IMG/VR virus record: IMGVR_UViG_3300044612_001159
Location: 51,666-115,665 of that record
DNA: 64,000 bases
Reading direction: 5' to 3' (one strand)
Origin: a virus
The notes beneath the pieces were generated by a model, which saw nothing but the letters and a program-made list of their open reading frames with translations, made no database searches and was not told the origin of the DNA. The translations under genes and the position numbers were made by a program. This document shows positions 55,952 to 64,000 of this stretch, in pieces; the first letter of the stretch is position 1; every line of letters begins with the position of its first letter.

Positions 55952-58900
55952 TTAAACTGGATCAACAGTAAATTTGTTCCAGAATATGTCATTGTATAAT
56001 GAGTAACCGTAGTTTCCAACACTTATTGGAACATTATCCCCTACAATTATCTTATTGGTTCCTGTATAACTCTTATACACCTCTGAAGGATTTACTCCAT
56101 AGTAACTGGTCTCTGTTAAAACAAGAACTTTATTCCAGTTAAATGGGCCAGTATGCCAAAACTCCCAGTCCAAAGGGCCACCAGACAAAATCTTTACCCT
56201 AAACCAGGGTCTTTCTGATATATTCTGAACCTCTTGAAGATTTGTTGATTGGTAATAGGATATGCTGTTGAATACCAATGGTCCAGTCAATCTTACAGCC
56301 CCCTCAAAATATGAAAACTCTAAACTATCTGCAAAATTAATTCCCAAAAAGCCCCATTCTTGAAGAGTTATGACTGGCTCTTTAACAACTTTACCGTTCC
56401 AATAAAAACCTATTCCATTTTGAACTAGACCAGTCTTGGCATCTATAGCATATACTTTTGCCCTTCTTCCAGTAGGATCACATGCAAGCATGTAAAACTT
56501 TATATATGATGACTTGCTTTCTATTTCAAATATTTGTGTTGGAGCATATGGGAAATAGTCGCCATCAAATCTTACAGCCATCTGCGCTGCAATTACTTTA
56601 AAATTATTTGCCCTACTAGGATTAATAGGAATAGACAATCCACGATTTACCAAAGGATCGTACTGTCCTTTTATTTGAATTCCGCTATTTTTTGTTAAAT
56701 ACAAATATGGAGACGATCCAGTATATATTGAAAATGGATTGTTCTTTTTAAAATTATAGTAAATGCCAGTCTTTGTATATGGGTAAAGAGGTGTGCCAAA
56801 TCTTGTACCAATAGGGCTTCCGTCCGACTCATTTAATGCCTGAGAAGCGTAAGAAAGTTTTTTGATATTAACATTGTTTGTCTGAGAGTTTTTAACATTA
56901 ATATCTATATGGGTCACAATAGAAAGATCATTAAAATCTACTCCAGAAGGTGGGTAAATAATCATGTTATCTACGACTTCATATTTTGTAGTCATCCAGT
57001 CTGATTTTGGAATCAATATTCCGTTTCTAGATGGCCTCTCTGTTTTTGTAAAATAAAATGGTGTTTGGTTGGCTCCCAGTTCTGTGTACTGAAATGTTAC
57101 GTAAGTTTTTACAACTGCGCCGTCGGTATCATACCTATAATCTTTTGCAATTTTATTTTTTAAATCTTCATAATCATTATATCCAGTAAACAAATAATTA
57201 TCCAGCGATTCATAGGTTCTTTGAATTGGAATTCCATATTCATTTGCCAGATCTGCATATGTCCATTCTACTGGCTCACTATCTATAGCAACCGTTTTTG
57301 ACGTTACTGGATAATCAACATTAAACTGAATAAAATCAAGATCAAAATATTGGTCTCCTCGTTTATCCAAAACAGACTCTGCAAAATATGTTAACGGTAT
57401 TTGATCTTCCCAATATGAGTTTGCAGAAACAGTAAGTTTGTAAGTATCAAAAACTTGATCTGGTACAAGTGTATATGTTGCTGTATGATCTAAAAGAAAG
57501 TCTTCGTCTGATATAAAGACTCCGCCTCCACTAATAGCACCATTGGCAGTATCATTTACAGAGCCATACGGTGGCAGAGAGGTTGTGTCTAATCCTCCAT
57601 CTATGTTTATTAATTGATTATTTTGATAAATAGCAAACAAGTCTTCATTCCAAACTGGGACACCTATTTCATTAAATAAAGATCTAATTTTTTGAAAATT
57701 GTATTTACTACAAAACCCTATCTTGTAAATTTTTCCAGTAAATGTCTGAGTTCCATTTTTTTTGCCACCAACATACATTCTTAAATCTGACAAAGATCCA
57801 AAAAAATCTGCTGCTGGATTTCCAAATCTTGAAATAAACGCTGGAATGTTTAGTCCTATATCTATCAACTCTAATGGCTCCGCTATTGTTGGAGAGTATA
57901 TTGTTTCTAAAACTCCATCATAATTTATTACATAAGAAATTTGATTGTCAAGCAACTCTATTTCAAAATAACTGCCTGTGTTTTCTTTTTCAATTCTAAA
58001 AAGCGTTTGCTTAGTGCTAGAAGACTGAGGAAGCCTAAAACAACCATAAAACGCAGAAGTAGGTTCTTTAATAAAATCAAAATTTTCAAAAAATAAATAT
58101 CCTGAAACATTGTTCCAAGATGTATCTGGCCTAAATGTAAAAAAGTTTACTGAATCTGACTGCTGTATCGCTTTACAACTAGCAAACAATTCACTCTCTG
58201 TTTTTGATGACAAAAATATTTTTGGAAGTGGGGCAGATGGTACAGACAAAGCCTTATTAACTATTGATGTATTATCGTTAAATGCTTGTTGCCAAGATCC
58301 AATTTTTGGATAAGAATAGTTTGAAGTATAATCAGCAAAAGCATAATCAATAAAAACAGATGTTCCACTATAAGAAGTATTTATATTTTCTGGAACTTCT
58401 ACTCCTTGACCAAAAACGAATCTTCTTTTTGCTACGGCAGTTGGGACAACATAAGGATAAATTCCTACACAGTCTATTTCTATTGGATATATATCTTCGT
58501 GTGCATAAAAACCAATCCAGTCTTGATCCTTTTCGGTTTGATTCAACATTGATGGAACTAACAATGACTTTACAGAATAGTCCAAAGAAATTACCTCTTG
58601 ACCATTGATAAGCAAAGAAATAATATCTTTTCCTATTCTTAAATGAACAAGCATTGGCCTTGTCCACTCTCCTACATAATATGTTTTATATTCAGAACCA
58701 ATCTTAAGTCCGACAGAAGGACCGTCTACATAAATACCGTCATTAGATGCAACTGGACCAATAATTCTTTTTACTTCATTCGAATAAGAGTTTATTCTAA
58801 GCCAAGTTTCTAAAGTATACTCTCTAAATTTTCCAGACTCATTTAAAAATCCCACACCAGGAACTATTAGAGATGGATCTGAACCATTTGGATAAAGAGT

Positions 58901-59668
58901 AGTTAGACTTGATGTTCCATAAACAATAGGAATTCCTAAATTTTTTGCTTTTAGCATGTTGTCAGAAATCAAATAATACGCATCCAAATCTTGCAATCCG
59001 TAACATTTTGCAACTATTCCTTTTTGTGGAGCAATTGATATTGTTGATGGAATGTCTATAGGAGTAACGCCAAGAGAGGTTGAGGCAAACTCTTCAGACC
59101 ACTGTCCAAGACTTATTCCATTAACTAAAAACACATCTTCGGTTTCTGAACCACCAATAAAATTAATTTTAAAAACTAACCTAAAGTTTGTATCATCTGG
59201 AGGAGTGTCAAATGTTTCTGATATAAAAACCCAACTATTATTTATTACAGTATCATAATTTTTTAAATGTGTAACCATTTGTCCGCTTGTTGTATCTTCG
59301 TACTGATACCCTATTTCAAACCCAGAAATGTAAGAACTTTCAGAATAAAAATATCCTCCAACACAAAATGTTCTTAGGTACTCGTTTAAATCTTTTAAAC
59401 CCATTATGTCATTACTTATGGCAGTAACAGATCCTGACTCACTGTTTGTGGGAGTTGCTGTTATTTTGCCTACATAACTATTGATAAATGGCTCGTCTAC
59501 TGATTGAGAGTATGTTTCATACGTACCGCCAATAATTGTCCAATTTGAAAGGTTTCTTTGTGACTCTGAAATTAAAGAGACATAGTCTGCACTATCATCT
59601 AAAGCCCATAAACCAGTAGGGTGCTCCGAGAACACTTTTTCTGCATATAGGTTGGAAGGACTAGACAT
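55952..59668 (-). CDS. Large virion-associated protein with LamG/concanavalin-like segments
   Basis: SEHPTGLWALDD, YTLETWL, LLINGQ; beta-rich, 1238 aa. Confidence 0.6.
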   Translation of the reverse strand: MSSPSNLYAEKVFSEHPTGLWALDDSADYVSLISESQRNLSNWTIIGGTYETYSQSVDEPFINSYVGKITATPTNSESGSVTAISNDIMGLKDLNEYLRTFCVGGYFYSESSYISGFEIGYQYEDTTSGQMVTHLKNYDTVINNSWVFISETFDTPPDDTNFRLVFKINFIGGSETEDVFLVNGISLGQWSEEFASTSLGVTPIDIPSTISIAPQKGIVAKCYGLQDLDAYYLISDNMLKAKNLGIPIVYGTSSLTTLYPNGSDPSLIVPGVGFLNESGKFREYTLETWLRINSYSNEVKRIIGPVASNDGIYVDGPSVGLKIGSEYKTYYVGEWTRPMLVHLRIGKDIISLLINGQEVISLDYSVKSLLVPSMLNQTEKDQDWIGFYAHEDIYPIEIDCVGIYPYVVPTAVAKRRFVFGQGVEVPENINTSYSGTSVFIDYAFADYTSNYSYPKIGSWQQAFNDNTSIVNKALSVPSAPLPKIFLSSKTESELFASCKAIQQSDSVNFFTFRPDTSWNNVSGYLFFENFDFIKEPTSAFYGCFRLPQSSSTKQTLFRIEKENTGSYFEIELLDNQISYVINYDGVLETIYSPTIAEPLELIDIGLNIPAFISRFGNPAADFFGSLSDLRMYVGGKKNGTQTFTGKIYKIGFCSKYNFQKIRSLFNEIGVPVWNEDLFAIYQNNQLINIDGGLDTTSLPPYGSVNDTANGAISGGGVFISDEDFLLDHTATYTLVPDQVFDTYKLTVSANSYWEDQIPLTYFAESVLDKRGDQYFDLDFIQFNVDYPVTSKTVAIDSEPVEWTYADLANEYGIPIQRTYESLDNYLFTGYNDYEDLKNKIAKDYRYDTDGAVVKTYVTFQYTELGANQTPFYFTKTERPSRNGILIPKSDWMTTKYEVVDNMIIYPPSGVDFNDLSIVTHIDINVKNSQTNNVNIKKLSYASQALNESDGSPIGTRFGTPLYPYTKTGIYYNFKKNNPFSIYTGSSPYLYLTKNSGIQIKGQYDPLVNRGLSIPINPSRANNFKVIAAQMAVRFDGDYFPYAPTQIFEIESKSSYIKFYMLACDPTGRRAKVYAIDAKTGLVQNGIGFYWNGKVVKEPVITLQEWGFLGINFADSLEFSYFEGAVRLTGPLVFNSISYYQSTNLQEVQNISERPWFRVKILSGGPLDWEFWHTGPFNWNKVLVLTETSYYGVNPSEVYKSYTGTNKIIVGDNVPISVGNYGYSLYNDIFWNKFTVDPV

Positions 59669-59693
59669 AATGAGTCTATTTTACCACAGAAGA

Positions 59694-61727
59694 CTACTTG
59701 TTTATTTTAATTTCACAATAGTCTGTTGTGCAGTATGCTTCGCCCTGAGCCTCAAGATTATCTACACCATCGTAGATTGCTCCAAAGTCAATGTGCTTCA
59801 ACTTGCCAATATAGGACTCATACTCTTCTTCAGTAATCTGAGTATATGGCTGCTGAGGATAAACAGTGTTGCCCATCGGAAGAAATGACACTGCTTTTAG
59901 TTGTCCTTCGTACATATGAAGTGCTGGAACAACATGCTTTGACTCTGTTTCCTTGTCAAATGAAAGTGTTACAGAAACACCATTATCAGACCAGTACTTC
60001 TGAGCAGTTGCAGCAAGTGCAATCTTCTCAAACAATGTAACATCCTTTTCAGATCTTGGATGACCTGACTTGATTGGGAAGTATACAACTGATGTATTTG
60101 CTGATACTACGTCATCTTCAATTGTGTACCCTGCTGCTTTGAACAAGTGCATCATTGGATCTGTATTTCCAAATCGAACTGCACGAAGGAAAAAGTTTCC
60201 TCCAGGACCCCAGTGAACTCCAGGAGTTGCACCAGAAAGAATTGATACAGAACCTGACGGCTTAACTGTTGTTACACGAATTGACTCACGAACACATAGC
60301 CATTCTGAATATGAGTGATCATATTTACGAATTGTTGTGTAACCTTCATCCATCCATTCACGAACCGTTGGCAAACCTTTTTGATCAGCAAATGATGCAA
60401 TACCAGTAAGCGATGTACCAATACGGCGATTGCGCTGCATGATACCGTTAGTCTGTTGCCAATGTGTTGGAACAAGTGTAACAGTTTTTCCATAAAGGTA
60501 TGCAAACTTCAGGGTACGCAGGAAGTCCTCCTTAGATTCATGACGATTTAAGTGCACTTCTACAAGTGTACATAATTCATATGATTCCAATGGCTGCTCC
60601 GCACATGGGTTAAATCCCATCACACGATAATCTTTACCGTCTGGCGCATCCTTTAGTCGTCCATAATTACGAGCAACATCAAGCCAGATAAAACCTGGTT
60701 CTCCGTTTTCCGTAATTAAATCTACATAGTCTTCGTACTTTGTTCCTACTTCTGCTGAGATAGAGTTGTTAGACATCCAGGCCCAACCTGGATTTTCTGG
60801 ATCAAACGAATTTCGTTCTGGGAAAACTTCAGAGTTTTTCAAATTCATAAACGCTTCATCTCCAGCACTACCCAAAGCGAGTGTTGCAGAGCGTCTAACA
60901 TTTCCAGAAACAACACATGTTCCTATTAAGTTTACTAAGTCTACAATGGCACGAGAATCTAGCGTTTCTCCCGCTCTGGAGCCTATTACACGGTCAATCT
61001 GCTCGTGTAACCTAATAAGAGGTGCGGGACCAGATGCAACGCCTCCAAAGCCCTTTATGGGGGCTCCTAGGGGCCTAATTAGGTCATAGTTAAACTTCTG
61101 TATATTTTGATTAGGTCTGAGATATGAGTTTATCAAAACTCTCACGGATTCTACCCAGCCTTCACGAGTGTCTGGAATTTCATAAATCTGCTCTGGCTCT
61201 GTGGGACTATAGATTAAGAAACCTTTGTCCTGACCCACAGTATCGAACCCAACTCCGATGCCCAGCATAAGAGCATCCATAACCCAAGCAAACAGGGCCC
61301 CTGGATCATTCTTGTCAAGGTCTTTTGTTGAAACCATTGCACAGTTTTGTAGTGCTGCTGAGTTCTTCTTCTCCATAGTCATAGGAGTTCCAAATGCCCA
61401 CATACCACGACCTGGCGGTGTCCACTTTAAGTTAAACATTCTATCAAATGCTTCTTGTGCTGACTTCTGAGCCTTGTAATCATTCCATGGAAGTCTGTTT
61501 TCCTTGGCATGATTCTTCTGAACTGAATACATGCCCTCGATTACACGACGACAAACTTCATGCCATCTTTCTTTAGTTCCATCTTCCTTCATACGAGAAT
61601 ATGTACGAATAAAGGTAATTTCTCCAAGTGAATTTTCTGCTGCATCTTTAAATCCAAATGGGCTTTCAGCACCTTTGTACTTTTCAATAAAGTCTTCTGG
61701 AAGTTTAAAACTAAAAAAATCTGACAT
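59694..61727 (-). CDS. nrdJ: Class II (adenosylcobalamin) ribonucleotide reductase, monomeric RTPR type
   Basis: PPGRG, NC, GNVRRSA, NPCAEQ.L..ELCTL, TVKPSG, C-terminal CTTDYC; probable start ATG 61727. Confidence 0.9.
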   Translation of the reverse strand: MSDFFSFKLPEDFIEKYKGAESPFGFKDAAENSLGEITFIRTYSRMKEDGTKERWHEVCRRVIEGMYSVQKNHAKENRLPWNDYKAQKSAQEAFDRMFNLKWTPPGRGMWAFGTPMTMEKKNSAALQNCAMVSTKDLDKNDPGALFAWVMDALMLGIGVGFDTVGQDKGFLIYSPTEPEQIYEIPDTREGWVESVRVLINSYLRPNQNIQKFNYDLIRPLGAPIKGFGGVASGPAPLIRLHEQIDRVIGSRAGETLDSRAIVDLVNLIGTCVVSGNVRRSATLALGSAGDEAFMNLKNSEVFPERNSFDPENPGWAWMSNNSISAEVGTKYEDYVDLITENGEPGFIWLDVARNYGRLKDAPDGKDYRVMGFNPCAEQPLESYELCTLVEVHLNRHESKEDFLRTLKFAYLYGKTVTLVPTHWQQTNGIMQRNRRIGTSLTGIASFADQKGLPTVREWMDEGYTTIRKYDHSYSEWLCVRESIRVTTVKPSGSVSILSGATPGVHWGPGGNFFLRAVRFGNTDPMMHLFKAAGYTIEDDVVSANTSVVYFPIKSGHPRSEKDVTLFEKIALAATAQKYWSDNGVSVTLSFDKETESKHVVPALHMYEGQLKAVSFLPMGNTVYPQQPYTQITEEEYESYIGKLKHIDFGAIYDGVDNLEAQGEAYCTTDYCEIKINK

Positions 61728-61764
61728 AATATGTATCGTCCTTTCAAAAACGGAATAAGTGTTA

Positions 61765-61797
61765 ATTATAGCAGAGTTTTGCAAAAAGTAAAACTCT
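61765..61797 (-). promoter_or_regulatory. nrdJ promoter (TGCTATAAT) with overlapping inverted repeat
   Basis: AGAGTTTTGC-N5-GTAAAACTCT over the -35/spacer region. Confidence 0.55.
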
Positions 61798-61821
61798 CAA
61801 TGTATTGTTAAGAGATTAAGG

Positions 61822-62559
61822 CTAATTAAAGTTCTTTTTTTCCCATGCCGTATGCCTGTATGCGTTTGGAAACAAAGGATCTCCTCGTTTCCATTGATCA
61901 AATAGATTTTTTCGATCATGATTTAGATCAACAACCATTTCCCAAGACTCTCTTTTAAATGGTATTACTTGTACTATTGGAGTACCTTGTTTTATTGTTC
62001 CCTCAAAATTTTTTTGTAAAAAGAATGAGTTAAAACCAGCAGTTAAAAAGTTATCAGTATCTACAACTGCTTCTATTGCCTTTATTGGAATATGTCCTTG
62101 ATGCATAGGAGAGGTAAACAAAGTACTATAGCCTGGAGGAGTTTTAATCATCCACATTGGATTAATTCTAAATACATCTTCTAGATATATGCTAAAATCA
62201 ACAGGGTAGTGAGATATATGTTCTGAAGAATGCCAATCAATAATTTTATGCTTAACTAAAGAAAACTGATTTGGTATAGTGCATTCTGTTTTACCATTTT
62301 TTGTATTAATGTATAAATCTACTGGCATTCTAAAAAAGTATCCCATTGACATTGAATCAAAAAATGGAATACATTTTTTTACTGTTAATTTTGAATTTCT
62401 ATCTTCGTTGTCTTTGCTAAAAGACGAAGGTTGCTCTTTATACCATGAAGGTATTATCTTTGAGCAAGCAACTGGTTGTGGAAATAGATATTCAAAGTTT
62501 TTTACTGGCATAGGAAAAAACTTAATTAAATTTGCAGAAATTTTATACCTCGCATCCAA
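61822..62559 (-). CDS. Hypothetical protein (start uncertain)
   Basis: TVKKCIPFFDSM..GY, TPPGYS.LF, GTPIVQVIPFKRE. Confidence 0.75.
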   Translation of the reverse strand: MDARYKISANLIKFFPMPVKNFEYLFPQPVACSKIIPSWYKEQPSSFSKDNEDRNSKLTVKKCIPFFDSMSMGYFFRMPVDLYINTKNGKTECTIPNQFSLVKHKIIDWHSSEHISHYPVDFSIYLEDVFRINPMWMIKTPPGYSTLFTSPMHQGHIPIKAIEAVVDTDNFLTAGFNSFFLQKNFEGTIKQGTPIVQVIPFKRESWEMVVDLNHDRKNLFDQWKRGDPLFPNAYRHTAWEKKNFN

Positions 62560-62574
62560 CGATAACGTTTTATA

Positions 62575-63192
62575 TCAATGAATCCAGTGTTGTGGAACCA
62601 TGATTTTTTCGCCACTCTTAACAAGATGTGCTGTATGATGATAAGGTGGAGATGGTGGAAAGACGATTATGCTTCCTGCTTTTGGCTTTACTGCAAAAGT
62701 ATAATTTTTGTTTTTTTCTGCTTCTGCAAAATCAGCCTCTGGACTTGCTTGACTTAGCACCCCATCTGGAGAAGCAATGGTAAATGATATTTCTCCGCCC
62801 TCGTAATCATCATTAAGATACATTACAAAAGAAACCTTTAATCTTTCGTCTCCTTCTTGTTGGTCAAAATGGGCGCCCATAAATGTTCCAGGCATGTACT
62901 TTTTAATAGGGTATTGTGGAAACAACTTTGGCTCTTCTTCAATGCCTTGAGCCTTAGCATAGTCTCTTGCAACATCATCAAATGCCTTTTGCAATGTTTT
63001 ATATATGTAGTCATTTTCTACTGATTGAACAATTTGCTTGTCTGTTCCATAAACATAGTGCTGACCGCTGCAGGCCATCCATTCACCCCAAGGATCCTTA
63101 TTATCGTTCTCAATTGCGTCAACAAGTTTTTTTGGGTCTTCAATTACGTTAGTGTAATAGTAAACCTTTTCTTCAAGTATTTCTATGTCCAT
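62575..63192 (-). CDS. 2OG-Fe(II) oxygenase (prolyl 4-hydroxylase-like)
   Basis: HFD, YLNDDYEGGEI, KPKAGS..FP, H, K. Confidence 0.9.
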   Translation of the reverse strand: MDIEILEEKVYYYTNVIEDPKKLVDAIENDNKDPWGEWMACSGQHYVYGTDKQIVQSVENDYIYKTLQKAFDDVARDYAKAQGIEEEPKLFPQYPIKKYMPGTFMGAHFDQQEGDERLKVSFVMYLNDDYEGGEISFTIASPDGVLSQASPEADFAEAEKNKNYTFAVKPKAGSIIVFPPSPPYHHTAHLVKSGEKIMVPQHWIH

Positions 63193-63200
63193 TTTTTCTC

Positions 63201-63863
63201 CTAGTATTTATTATTTTCATAAAAGCCTATGACTTTTATAAATCCTACAGTAACATATCTAATAGGTCCTTCTCCTACATGTCTAACTCCGTGCTCAAAC
63301 TCTTCATTACCTGGAAAAACCAAAAGTGTTCCTGGTTTTGGCCTCATGTCTGAATTTTCTTTGTTTTTAAAAAACAGGGTTCCATCCTTATAGTCATCAT
63401 TTATATAAAGAATAGCAGCATACTTTATGGAAGGATCTGTATGCTGATCTGTATGGGATTTTAATTGAACGCCAGACTGCATTCGTTGCATTGTTCCAAA
63501 TCCTGCAAGTTCTAGATTATTATCTGCCAGACTCAGTAGATCAGAAACCCTTTTATGTGCTGTCCTGCTAACTTTTTCAGTTCCAATGTCTAGATTTTTA
63601 TCGTCCCATCCTTGCGTAATTTCATATTTACCCTCAGCAACCAAATTCTCTACATCACTTCTTCCAAATTTTTCTAAACAAAACCTAGAAAGACTTTCCC
63701 TATATGCTTTTGACCACTCTTCTTCAGGAGTTCTATTGATAATATCCCATACCGAATCCAACTCTTCTTTTGACAAAAAGTTTTCTACAGAAAGAACCTG
63801 CTCATGAAAAACTTCTGTCTTAAAGCCAGCGTCATCAAATTGTTTTTTTAAAAAAACTTCCAT
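63201..63863 (-). CDS. 2OG-Fe(II) oxygenase (prolyl 4-hydroxylase-like)
   Basis: HTD, YINDDYKDG.L.F, HGV, RY. Confidence 0.9.
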   Translation of the reverse strand: MEVFLKKQFDDAGFKTEVFHEQVLSVENFLSKEELDSVWDIINRTPEEEWSKAYRESLSRFCLEKFGRSDVENLVAEGKYEITQGWDDKNLDIGTEKVSRTAHKRVSDLLSLADNNLELAGFGTMQRMQSGVQLKSHTDQHTDPSIKYAAILYINDDYKDGTLFFKNKENSDMRPKPGTLLVFPGNEEFEHGVRHVGEGPIRYVTVGFIKVIGFYENNKY

Positions 63864-63992
63864 TTATAACTCCTCAGCCCTATACTTATTTCCATTAGCA
63901 TCAAGTTTCCAGCCTTGCTTTAGCAGTTCTTGCCACTCTGCTCTTTCAACCTCTTGATGTGCTCTGGTCTGCTTCATTTCTTCAGCCCATGC
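63864..63992 (-). CDS. C-terminal fragment of an upstream gene, truncated by window edge
   Basis: ...AWAEEMKQTRAHQEVERAEWQELLKQGWKLDANGNKYRAEEL*, abuts next ATG. Confidence 0.6.
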   Translation of the reverse strand, partial: AWAEEMKQTRAHQEVERAEWQELLKQGWKLDANGNKYRAEEL

Positions 63993-64000
63993 ACATCAAG

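Noticed and set aside
63953-64000. In-frame TGA and 10-bp inverted repeat (CTTGATGTGC/GCACATCAAG) at the window end
   Set aside because: The last 10 nt are the reverse complement of 63953-63962; this looks like a fold-back or contig-end artefact rather than recoding or a pseudogene
1-64000. Alternative genetic code or prophage integration features
   Set aside because: Genes are intact in code 11 using all three stops; no integrase, att site or host flank is visible

Overview
This is a 64 kb segment of a large, AT-rich tailed dsDNA phage with a siphovirus-type tail. The host is most likely a low-GC freshwater actinobacterium, inferred from WhiB, actinobacterial-type AhpC/AhpD, actinobacterial Zn-ribbon proteins and leaderless promoters. 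Positions 1-2619 (+ strand) hold an oxidative-stress cluster (two glutathione peroxidase-like genes, ahpC, ahpD, tRNA-Thr). Everything else is on the - strand. In transcription order it runs: 2OG-Fe(II) oxygenases, class II ribonucleotide reductase, head genes (portal, protease/scaffold, capsid), tail genes with a 3050-aa tape measure protein, replication/recombination genes (DnaB, primase, SSB, DnaE, RecA, Cas4-like, RuvC-like), terminase, then accessory genes (surface proteins, Ntn protease, subtilase, tRNA-Asn, CHAP endolysin, WhiB, flavin monooxygenase, holin, Hsp20, thioredoxin). The most notable observations are: (1) a HipA/PI3K-PI4K-like kinase domain embedded in the tape measure protein, a candidate injected effector; (2) tail chaperones G and GT encoded by a gene duplication with separate promoters rather than a frameshift; (3) a 28-nt H-type pseudoknot present twice with compensatory changes; (4) a shared Lys-Gly C-terminal tail on holin and endolysin; (5) a ROSE-like thermometer on hsp20, leaderless promoters and an AUU start codon. 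All product calls come from reading motifs by eye; no database searches were run.
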